A program made the translations under genes and the position numbers. A DNA stretch of 46,286 nucleotides from an uncultured Candidatus Saccharibacteria bacterium (GTDB lineage Bacteria; Patescibacteriota; WWE3; UBA101185; UBA10185): NCBI GenBank assembly GCA_964638225.1, contig CAZWYL010000003.1, positions 1 to 46,286 on the forward strand. Reading direction: 5' to 3'. Numbering within the stretch: the stretch's first letter is position 1; every line of letters begins with the position of its first letter. This document shows, in pieces, positions 9,564 through 17,663 of this stretch. The notes under the pieces are model-generated. The model did no database searches, had not been told where the DNA came from, and worked only from the letters and a program-made list of their open reading frames with translations.

Positions 9564-10789
9564 TGAGTGCAATAAAATCTATAGAAGCTTACAAAGTACT
9601 TAACTCAAGAAGTGATTGGACTGTTTGTGTTTTGCTAGAGCTTCAGGATGGTACCAAAGTAAAACAAACTATCCCGGAGGGTGCTTCAAAGGGGCAGAAC
9701 GAGGCAATTTCGCTTCCCGTAGAGGATGCAATTAGAAATATTAAGATTGATATTGCACCTGCCCTTATAGGTTTGGATCCGGTTAATCAAGAGAAAGTCG
9801 ACAGTTTAATGCTTGAATTAGATGGAACCCCTAACAAATCTAATTTAGGAGGTAATGCTATTTTGCCAGTTTCTTTAGCAGTTGCAAAATCTGCTGCAGT
9901 TTCGAGAGGTCAGGATCTTTACTTTTACTTAAAGGAGCTTTACGGAAATAACTCAGAGGTTAAATTCCCTACTCCGGTATTTAATATTTTAAATGGCGGT
10001 GAGCATGCAGATAATGGCTTGTCTTTTCAAGAGTTTATGGTTATTCCAGCTATGGGAAAATCTTATGAGAAAAAGCTGGAGATTGGGGTGGATTGTTATA
10101 AAAGTTTAGCGAACAAGCTGCATGAGCATGGTTATTCAACAGGGGTTGGAGATGAGGGAGGGTTTGCTCCTGAAGGTATTTCAGTTACTAACGCGTTAAA
10201 CAAGCTTTCAGAGGCTGTTGAGGAGGCTGGGTACAAGCTAGGTCGAGACGTCTTTTTGGGAACTGATGTTGCAGCAGGTAGTTTTTACGATCCCGAAAAA
10301 GATGTATATGATTTGAGAGATGAAAGTAAGATCCTTCCACTAGCAGAATTTATTGATTTTTATGATAATCTGTTGAAGGAATACCCCATAATATATTTAG
10401 AAGACCCTCTATTTGAGTCCAACTTTGATTCTTGGAGTGCTCTCTTTGCAAAATTTCATGAGAGGGTCATGGTTGTTGGGGATGATCTTGTAGTTACAAA
10501 TTCTAAGATTTTAGATAAGGCTTTAGAACATAAAACTATCAATGCCGTGATAGTCAAACTTAATCAAGTAGGAACTTTAACTGAAACTTTTGACTTTGTT
10601 CGCAAGGCGCAGGAAAATGGTCTGGTTACGATAGTTTCCCATAGAAGCGGCGAGACTGCAGAAGACACTTTCCCTTCTGATTTGGCATTAGCTGTTGGAG
10701 CAGATTTTGTAAAATTCGGAGCAACTGCTCGGGGTGAGCGAGTAGTGAAGTATAACCGTCTGCTTGAGATTTATCACGCTTTAAGTTGA
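9563..10789 (+). CDS. eno: Enolase
   Basis: SRSDWTV, GASKG, LNGGEHA, GDEGGFAP, VGDDL, KLNQVGTLTE and SHRSGETED-like motifs. Its ATG overlaps the ppsA TGA (TGATG). Confidence 0.95.
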   Translation: MSAIKSIEAYKVLNSRSDWTVCVLLELQDGTKVKQTIPEGASKGQNEAISLPVEDAIRNIKIDIAPALIGLDPVNQEKVDSLMLELDGTPNKSNLGGNAILPVSLAVAKSAAVSRGQDLYFYLKELYGNNSEVKFPTPVFNILNGGEHADNGLSFQEFMVIPAMGKSYEKKLEIGVDCYKSLANKLHEHGYSTGVGDEGGFAPEGISVTNALNKLSEAVEEAGYKLGRDVFLGTDVAAGSFYDPEKDVYDLRDESKILPLAEFIDFYDNLLKEYPIIYLEDPLFESNFDSWSALFAKFHERVMVVGDDLVVTNSKILDKALEHKTINAVIVKLNQVGTLTETFDFVRKAQENGLVTIVSHRSGETAEDTFPSDLALAVGADFVKFGATARGERVVKYNRLLEIYHALS

Positions 10790-10792
10790 TTA

Positions 10793-12178
10793 TTATTCAA
10801 CGATGTAAGCAGCGTAATCTTGTCCTAGCTGGGTTTCTACTGTGGCTGTTTCCTCATCGCTTAAGCTTTCAAAGTACTTCCTAAAGCACCTGATAGAATT
10901 TCCGTGACAGGATACGGCAACATTAATCTGTTTTTCTTTCATTTCTTTAACGAGTTCATCCGCAAAATCACTGACTCTTTTGTAGACCATGCCTATGCTT
11001 TCACCATGAGGGGGCTGTCCGTGATAAGTTCTTCTAATTTTGTGTAGAAATTCCGGATTCTTTTTATGCCACTCAAGTTTATTTTTCCCCTGGAGATCTC
11101 CATAGGAGCGTTCTTTAATTCTTTCATCAGTATTAATTGGGAGGTTTTTTGCTGATTCATTAAGAGACATAGCTATTTCCATTGTTTGCATTGCTCTTTT
11201 TTGGGGAGAAGAGATAAGTTTATCAATCTTTTTATTCTTTAGTTTTTCGGCAAGAACTTCTGCCTGTTCCTTTCCTTTTTCTGTAATTGGCGCTGTTCTC
11301 CATCCGCTGAATACATATTTTTCATTATCAACACTTTGTCCATGCCTGAAAATATAAAGTGTGGGTAGTTCATTTGATTCATCTTTTGGTAATTCATCTA
11401 CTTCTCTATATTCTAGTTTGCTTTTGGCTTTTTCAAGTTCTTCTTTAGTTATTTCGGGCGAAGGTTGTTTTTTTAGTTTTTCGTACTCTGCTAACACTTC
11501 TTCATTTTTACGGTTTGGAATGGCGGGATTATCTTCCAAAAGTTCTCCTTTTTCCCTTTTTCTATAAAAGTAATAATAACCTCCTATTAAAGCCAATACG
11601 AAGACTATTTTCATGATATTGTCTGCTGTATCCAATCCTTCCATAAAAGATTCGGTTGCTGACAGTCCCGCGTAGCCTATGTATAAGAAAAAGAGATTAC
11701 GGAAAATACTCCCTATAAAAGTACCAACAACAAATACTTTAAATTTTAGTTTTATTATTCCGCAGATAACAGATACGGGAGAGCTAGGCATTACCGGAAT
11801 GCTTCTTAAAAATATTAAAGTTAAATAGTCTTTTGCAGTTCCGTCAAAACGAGCTCCGATTTTTTCTACTTCCCTGTGGGATACGCCTATAAATTTTCCG
11901 AATTTACCTATGATAATGTCTTCTGCAATGTCGGAAACCACATATAAAAAAGAAGTTCCTACAACCCTGCCCAAGGCTCCTATTAATGAAATTGCGATTA
12001 GGAATAGCATGGTTTTATTCTGTGCCTTGGCTATACTTCCGGTAATTCCCATGACAAAAGGAGATGGGATTGGAGCAAGTATCTCTTCAATAATGGTTCC
12101 AAGGAAAGTGAATAATTCTATGGGAATCTTATTTGCTAAGATTTCCAGATAGTTCATTATTTCAGTAAAAATATGCAT
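10793..12178 (-). CDS. Fusion protein: N-terminal DedA/SNARE-associated membrane domain plus C-terminal histidine-phosphatase (dPGM/GpmA-like phosphoglycerate mutase)
   Basis: The N-terminal half has IIEEILAPIPSP and FLRSIPVMPSSPVSVICG DedA signatures and several TM helices. The C-terminal half has RHGQSVDN...FSGW, ERSYGDLQGKNK, PPHGESI and SCHGNSIR. Confidence 0.8.
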   Translation of the reverse strand: MHIFTEIMNYLEILANKIPIELFTFLGTIIEEILAPIPSPFVMGITGSIAKAQNKTMLFLIAISLIGALGRVVGTSFLYVVSDIAEDIIIGKFGKFIGVSHREVEKIGARFDGTAKDYLTLIFLRSIPVMPSSPVSVICGIIKLKFKVFVVGTFIGSIFRNLFFLYIGYAGLSATESFMEGLDTADNIMKIVFVLALIGGYYYFYRKREKGELLEDNPAIPNRKNEEVLAEYEKLKKQPSPEITKEELEKAKSKLEYREVDELPKDESNELPTLYIFRHGQSVDNEKYVFSGWRTAPITEKGKEQAEVLAEKLKNKKIDKLISSPQKRAMQTMEIAMSLNESAKNLPINTDERIKERSYGDLQGKNKLEWHKKNPEFLHKIRRTYHGQPPHGESIGMVYKRVSDFADELVKEMKEKQINVAVSCHGNSIRCFRKYFESLSDEETATVETQLGQDYAAYIVE

Positions 12179-12236
12179 AACATTATTAGGATACCTTAAT
12201 TCAGGGGTAAGTCCAAGGGTATAAATGAGTTATCTA

Positions 12237-12866
12237 TTAGTTGTATTTTCTTACAACACCGGTTACTTTACCTTGTATTTGGAGTTCGTCTGCGTCAACA
12301 TAGATAGGGTCCATTTTTGAGTTGGCAGGCTGAAGTCTTATTTCCCCATTTCCTTCGTTATAGTAAGTCTTTAGGGTTGCAAAACCGTTATTTATTAGCG
12401 CGACTACAATATCTCCGTCTTCTGCAGTATTTTGTTGCTGTATAACCACATAGTCACCGTTAAAAATTCCTTGATCTATCATTGAGTCCCCCTTGACTTG
12501 GAGTACATAGCACCTTCTATTTTTGGAAACCAGATCAGCCGAAACCATTACAGTTTCGAGTGAGTTTTCTATAGCCTCAATTGGTTCTCCGGCAGCAATA
12601 TATCCAATTAAAGGAAGTTCAATCCCTTGCATTGAGGTATCTATGATGTCTGTAATAATTTCAATTCCTCTAACTGCTCCATCATATCTTTTAATGAAAC
12701 CTTTTTTTTCGAGAGCGGTAAGATGTTCGTGTACGGTGGCTAAAGATGAAAGCTCCATAGCGTCAGCTATTTCTTGAAGAGTAGGGGAGGTGCTGTTTTT
12801 TTGGATAAACTGGGAAATAAAATTTAATACTTGTTTCTGACGTTTATAGAGTGTTGCTGGACTCAT
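12237..12866 (-). CDS. lexA: LexA repressor (SOS regulator, S24 peptidase)
   Basis: Winged-helix N-terminus (PTLQEIADAM...VHEHLTALEKKGFI), an AAG cleavage site, a GDSM catalytic Ser region and a downstream Lys. A strong AAGGAG lies 5 nt before the ATG. Confidence 0.92.
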   Translation of the reverse strand: MSPATLYKRQKQVLNFISQFIQKNSTSPTLQEIADAMELSSLATVHEHLTALEKKGFIKRYDGAVRGIEIITDIIDTSMQGIELPLIGYIAAGEPIEAIENSLETVMVSADLVSKNRRCYVLQVKGDSMIDQGIFNGDYVVIQQQNTAEDGDIVVALINNGFATLKTYYNEGNGEIRLQPANSKMDPIYVDADELQIQGKVTGVVRKYN

Positions 12867-12919
12867 TAATTCTCCTTTTTTAAATTTTTAATAATTTCCC
12901 AAAGGGGCTTTATATTTTT

Positions 12920-12932
12920 GGGTTTTATTTGT
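12920..12932. repeat. Left arm of a perfect 13-bp inverted repeat (GGGTTTTATTTGT) in the lexA-uvrB divergent region
   Basis: It is the exact reverse complement of 13054-13066. On the lexA strand it reads ACAAATAAAACCC, just downstream of the predicted lexA -10. Confidence 0.6.
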
Positions 12933-12941
12933 ATTAAATTC

Positions 12942-12971
12942 AGTTTACCGAAAAAATAGCGAAAGTGTCAA
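12942..12971 (-). promoter_or_regulatory. Predicted lexA promoter (TTGACA -18 nt- TAAACT)
   Basis: The minus strand reads TTGACA (12971-12966), an 18-nt spacer, then TAAACT (12947-12942). Confidence 0.4.
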
Positions 12972-13053
12972 GATTAATTTTTAAGAAAATGCTTTTGCCT
13001 TCATAGAGGGGATATTTGAGGCCTTACTCATTTGTATTTTTTAGAAATTCCTC

Positions 13054-13066
13054 ACAAATAAAACCC
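13054..13066. repeat. Right arm of the 13-bp inverted repeat (ACAAATAAAACCC)
   Basis: It is the exact reverse complement of 12920-12932 and overlaps the 13-mer shared with the uvrA promoter. Confidence 0.6.
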
Positions 13067-13073
13067 GAATAAA
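13061..13073 (+). promoter_or_regulatory. AAACCCGAATAAA motif in the uvrB promoter spacer (candidate operator)
   Basis: Identical to 17632-17644 upstream of uvrA. It ends 6 nt before the uvrB -10. Confidence 0.4.
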
Positions 13074-13076
13074 CTG

Positions 13077-13085
13077 TGATAGAAT
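13077..13085 (+). promoter_or_regulatory. Extended -10 (TGaTAGAAT), 6 nt upstream of the uvrB GTG
   Basis: The sequence reads TGATAGAATttccttGTG. No Shine-Dalgarno is present. Confidence 0.45.
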
Positions 13086-13091
13086 TTCCTT

Positions 13092-15137
13092 GTGTTTAAA
13101 TTAAAGTCGGAATACAAGCCAACGGGAGATCAACCTCAGGCCATAAAAGAGTTGACCTCGGGAGTAATGAAAGGCAAAGATCATCAAGTTCTTTTGGGGG
13201 TTACGGGATCGGGCAAGACTTTTACAATGGCAAACGTAGTGGCAAATGTAAACAAACCCACACTTGTAATATCTCATAATAAAACTTTGGCGGCTCAGTT
13301 ATACCAAGAATTTAGAGATTACTTCCCTGAAAATGCAGTAGAATACTTTGTTTCATATTACGACTACTATCAACCCGAAAGTTATATCCCTTCAACTGAT
13401 ACTTATATAGAGAAAGATTCAGCCATAAACGAGGAAATTGATAAATTAAGGCTTTCTACAACTACTTCGTTAATGACGCGGGAGGATGTAATAGTAGTAG
13501 CTTCTGTCTCCTGCATTTATAACTTAGGATCTCCTGCAGAATATTCAAAGATTGCTTTGGAATTACGTAGGGGAATGAAGCTTCGTATGGTTGATTTAAT
13601 AACTCGTCTCACGCAGCTTTTTTATGAACGCAATGACATGAGCTTTACAAGAGGGACTTTCAGGGTGCGCGGGGACGTAGTAGATGTTTTTCCTGCATAT
13701 AAGGATTATGCTGTTCGTCTAGAGGTGTTTGATGAAGTATTGAATTACATTGGTTTTTTTGATCCTTTAACTGGAGAGAAATTAAATAAAAAAGGTATAT
13801 CGATAGAAAAAAAAGACTCTACTGATAAAAGATACGCTAGAGAAGATTCAACAGATCCGGGGTTGGTATTAATTTATCCCGCAAAACATTACGTTGCACC
13901 AGAGGAAGGAAGAGAAGAGGCTTTTAAAGAAATACAGAAGGATTTAGAAAAAAGATTAAGGTTTTTGAAAAAAGCTGGGAAGGATTTGGAAGCCTATCGC
14001 TTGAAACAGAAGACTCAATATGATTTGGAGATGATGCGCGAGATTGGTTATTGTAAGGGCATAGAGAATTATTCGAGGTATTTTGATGGAAGAGATCCTG
14101 GAGACGCTCCATATACTTTATTGGACTTTTTTCCAGATGATTACTTAACAATAATAGATGAATCACACATAACAGTTCCACAGGTAAGGGGTATGCATAA
14201 TGGAGATCGAGCTCGAAAGGAAACTTTGGTTGAGTATGGATTCAGGCTTCCTTCGGCGTTAGACAACCGGCCCCTAAATTTTGATGAATTTTCAGAAAGA
14301 ATAGATCAGACAGTTTATACAAGTGCAACTCCAAGAGATTGGGAGATAGAACAATCTAGAGGAAGAGTTATTGAGCAAATTATACGTCCCACAGGGATAG
14401 TAGATCCAAAGATAAGTGTATTGCCCACCGAAAATCAGATACCAAACCTGTTGAAAAAAATAAAAGAAAGAACTTCTCGAGGTGAAAGGGTTTTGGTCAC
14501 CACCCTTACAAAAAAGATGGCGGAAGAATTATCAGTGTATTTATTAGAGAAGGGAATTAAAGCCACTTATCTACATTCAAATATAGATACTTTGGAAAGA
14601 ACTGATATTCTAGATGACCTGCGTAAGGGAGAATATGATGTTTTGGTTGGTATTAATCTACTTCGTGAAGGATTAGATCTGCCGGAAGTATCATTGGTTG
14701 TAATTTTGGACGCTGATAAGGAAGGGTTTCTTAGATCTGAGAATGCATTAATCCAGACCATGGGCCGTGCCGCGCGACACACTTTAGGTGAAGTTGTTAT
14801 GTACGCGGATAGTGTCACAGGCAGTATGCAGAGAGCTATTGATGAGGTGGAACGTAGAAGAGAAATTCAAATTGAGTATAATAAAGAAAATAATATAACT
14901 CCCCAAAGAATTGTTAAACCCATAAGAGAGAAATTAATAAAGGGTTTTATTAAGGATAAGGTTGAAAAAGATGCAATAATGGAGGACATAGACTATAACG
15001 AACTTCCTCCTCCGGAAATAAAGAAAGAAATAGATAAGCTGGAAAAACTAATGAAATATGAAGCAGAGGTCTTAAATTTTGAAAAAGCAGCAAAATATCG
15101 TGATAAAATTAGGGAAATCGGAAAGCTCATAGTATAA
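13092..15137 (+). CDS. uvrB: Excinuclease ABC subunit B
   Basis: [11 protein letters not shown], the GVTGSGKT Walker A, DESH, helicase motifs and a C-terminal UVR domain ([14 protein letters not shown]). Confidence 0.97.
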   Translation: MFKLKSEYKPTGDQPQAIKELTSGVMKGKDHQVLLGVTGSGKTFTMANVVANVNKPTLVISHNKTLAAQLYQEFRDYFPENAVEYFVSYYDYYQPESYIPSTDTYIEKDSAINEEIDKLRLSTTTSLMTREDVIVVASVSCIYNLGSPAEYSKIALELRRGMKLRMVDLITRLTQLFYERNDMSFTRGTFRVRGDVVDVFPAYKDYAVRLEVFDEVLNYIGFFDPLTGEKLNKKGISIEKKDSTDKRYAREDSTDPGLVLIYPAKHYVAPEEGREEAFKEIQKDLEKRLRFLKKAGKDLEAYRLKQKTQYDLEMMREIGYCKGIENYSRYFDGRDPGDAPYTLLDFFPDDYLTIIDESHITVPQVRGMHNGDRARKETLVEYGFRLPSALDNRPLNFDEFSERIDQTVYTSATPRDWEIEQSRGRVIEQIIRPTGIVDPKISVLPTENQIPNLLKKIKERTSRGERVLVTTLTKKMAEELSVYLLEKGIKATYLHSNIDTLERTDILDDLRKGEYDVLVGINLLREGLDLPEVSLVVILDADKEGFLRSENALIQTMGRAARHTLGEVVMYADSVTGSMQRAIDEVERRREIQIEYNKENNITPQRIVKPIREKLIKGFIKDKVEKDAIMEDIDYNELPPPEIKKEIDKLEKLMKYEAEVLNFEKAAKYRDKIREIGKLIV

Positions 15138-15171
15138 TCCAAAACTACATAAGGACAGCGTTGAGGATTTT

Positions 15172-17622
15172 ATGATAAAAAAAATTTTAGGAACTCTAAT
15201 ATCTTTACAGACGAGATTCGGCCATTTCCTTATTGATTTATTTTCATTTTTATTTGATGAATTTTTTCAGTCAGCTAAAAATATATTTGTAAAATTTAAG
15301 AGTGGTTATGAGTGGATAAGAGATGAGATTTATGGATTTAGTGAAAAGTCGCTTCCGATAAAACTCGATGCTAAAGACCTTAAAAAGAAAGTAAGTCGTT
15401 TTTCCAAGAAGTCATACAAACAAACGACGCCATTAATTGTAGTTGAGGAATTTTGGCATAAGATTAAAGAAAAGGCTCGCGTACTTTTGGATAAGTTATA
15501 CAAAGCTATTGTCCTATTTGCAAAAAACCTTTGGTTTGAGTTTAGCAATTTTGTTAAAGCCCTATTTTCTTATTTGAAAAGAGTTCTAGCCTCTTTTTTA
15601 CAGACATTGTTATGGATATTAAGATTACCCCTTCTTGTATTTAGGGTTTTGTTTAGCAAAAGTTTATTATTATTCCTTTCAGGAACTTTATTTGCTCTAC
15701 TATTTATTGCTATTCCTTATGAAATTTATGTTCTGGCTCAAAGTCTTCCGGCAACCGATCTTCTCATAGAAAAAGGAAACAGACGTTCTACAAAAATTCT
15801 AGACAGAAATGGGTCATTATTATATGAAATTTATGAGGATAGGAAGTATGAACCGGTAGAATTAGATCAGATTCCTGAGCATGTGATTCAAGCAACTTTA
15901 GCAATCGAGGATGATCGTTTTTTTGAACATGAGGGATATAGAGTGGACAGTATCATGCGGGCTGCTAAAGCAATTGTTATGGATGATGATCTTCAAGGAG
16001 GTTCAACCATAACTCAACAGCTCGTAAAGAATGTTCTTCTAACTCCGGAAAGAACAATTTCTAGAAAATTGAAGGAAATAATTCTCTCGGTTCTAGTAGA
16101 AAACAAGTATTCCAAGGAACAGATATTGGAGTTGTATTTGAATAATATATCCTATGGAGGTACTTCATGGGGGATTGAGGCAGCGTCTCAGAAGTTTTTT
16201 AATAAGCATGTGTGGGAGATAGATCTTGCTGAAGCCAGTATGTTGGCTGGTTTACCTTCCGCACCTTCTGCGTATTCTCCGCTTAACACAAGTAGTTTTA
16301 GGGCAAAAACTAGGCAGGAGCAAGTTTTGGGCAGAATGGTCTCATTGGGGTATATTTCGGAAAGTGATTCAAAAGAAGCTTCCCAAAAGGAGCTAGAGTA
16401 CGCTTCTCAAGAGCAGTTTATTAGAGCACCCCATTTTGTGTTTTATGTAAGGTCTATACTTGAAGAGAAATATGGGTCAAGATTTGTTACTTTTGGCGGT
16501 CTAACGGTAAAAACCAGTTTAGATCTGGATTTGCAGCAAAAAGTACAAGATATGGTTAGGGAGGGTGTTGAAGAGTACGGTTATTTAAATTTAAATAATG
16601 GAGCTGCAGTAGTTTTGGATGCAGAGACGGGAGAAATTCTAGCATATGTTGGTTCTGTGGATTTTTTTGAAGAGGAGTGGGGTGCTTATGATGTTGTAAC
16701 GGCTAATAGACAGCCTGGCTCATCTATAAAACCCGTAACTTACGCATTAGCTTTATCTGATGGCATGACTCCTGCTACAGTAATTGATGATTCTCCAACC
16801 TCTTTTGAGATTCCAGGGCAAAAACCTTACAGACCCGTAAACTATGATGGTAAGTTTCGTGGAAAAGTAACTCTTAGAGAAGCCCTTGCTAGTTCTTACA
16901 ATATTCCAGCGGTAAAAGTAGTTCGGCGTGTTGGACCCGACAGGATGGTTTCTTTGGCAAGAGATATGGGTTTGAATAGTTGGGACGTAGAAGATGTTTA
17001 TGGTCTCTCAGTTACTCTAGGAGGTAAAGAAGTTAAATTAATTGAGCATGCAAATGTATTTGCAACTTTAGCCAGGCAAGGTACTTACAAGCCAGTACAG
17101 CCTTTTCTTAGTATAAAGGATTCTAAAGGCAGGGAAATTATTGAAGATAAACGTCAGCAGGATCAAAAAGTTTTAGATTCCGGGGTTGCTTATTTAATAA
17201 CGAGTATTCTTTCGGATAACAATGCTAGAGCGCCGGCTTTTGGTTATAGGAGTCCTCTTTATATCCCGGGAGAGCCTGTGGCAGTTAAAACAGGTACCAC
17301 TGATCATAAGCGGGATAATTGGACTTTAGGATACTCACCTTCTTTTGTGGTTGGTGTGTGGGTTGGCAACAATGACAATACCCCAATGAATAGATATTTA
17401 GCTTCGGGTTTAACTGGAGCCGCTCCTATCTGGAATAATATTATGACGGAGGTTTTAGAGGGGGAAACTCAGACTAAATTTAATGTCCCTGACAGCGTTT
17501 TTCTAAAAGTAGATGAGAAATGCAACCGAAGAGAGTATTTTTTAAAAGGCTCTCAGATTCCAGAGGACTTGTGTCCTAAAGAAGAAAAAGACGATAAGGA
17601 TGATAATCAAAGCGAAAGCTAG
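15172..17622 (+). CDS. Class A penicillin-binding protein (GT51 transglycosylase plus transpeptidase) with a roughly 190-aa N-terminal extension
   Basis: GT51 motifs EDDRFFEHEGY, GGSTITQQLVKN and RKLKE. Transpeptidase motifs SSIK, SYN and KTGTT. GAGGA lies 4 nt before the ATG. Confidence 0.9.
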   Translation: MIKKILGTLISLQTRFGHFLIDLFSFLFDEFFQSAKNIFVKFKSGYEWIRDEIYGFSEKSLPIKLDAKDLKKKVSRFSKKSYKQTTPLIVVEEFWHKIKEKARVLLDKLYKAIVLFAKNLWFEFSNFVKALFSYLKRVLASFLQTLLWILRLPLLVFRVLFSKSLLLFLSGTLFALLFIAIPYEIYVLAQSLPATDLLIEKGNRRSTKILDRNGSLLYEIYEDRKYEPVELDQIPEHVIQATLAIEDDRFFEHEGYRVDSIMRAAKAIVMDDDLQGGSTITQQLVKNVLLTPERTISRKLKEIILSVLVENKYSKEQILELYLNNISYGGTSWGIEAASQKFFNKHVWEIDLAEASMLAGLPSAPSAYSPLNTSSFRAKTRQEQVLGRMVSLGYISESDSKEASQKELEYASQEQFIRAPHFVFYVRSILEEKYGSRFVTFGGLTVKTSLDLDLQQKVQDMVREGVEEYGYLNLNNGAAVVLDAETGEILAYVGSVDFFEEEWGAYDVVTANRQPGSSIKPVTYALALSDGMTPATVIDDSPTSFEIPGQKPYRPVNYDGKFRGKVTLREALASSYNIPAVKVVRRVGPDRMVSLARDMGLNSWDVEDVYGLSVTLGGKEVKLIEHANVFATLARQGTYKPVQPFLSIKDSKGREIIEDKRQQDQKVLDSGVAYLITSILSDNNARAPAFGYRSPLYIPGEPVAVKTGTTDHKRDNWTLGYSPSFVVGVWVGNNDNTPMNRYLASGLTGAAPIWNNIMTEVLEGETQTKFNVPDSVFLKVDEKCNRREYFLKGSQIPEDLCPKEEKDDKDDNQSES

Positions 17623-17627
17623 GTCAT

Positions 17628-17655
17628 TTGCAAACCCGAATAAATACCGTATAAT
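17628..17655 (+). promoter_or_regulatory. Predicted uvrA promoter (TTGCAA -16 nt- TATAAT) containing the AAACCCGAATAAA motif (17632-17644)
   Basis: TTGCAA at 17628-17633 and TATAAT at 17650-17655. The GTG start is 8 nt downstream and there is no Shine-Dalgarno. Confidence 0.45.
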
Positions 17656-17663
17656 TTTCACTT

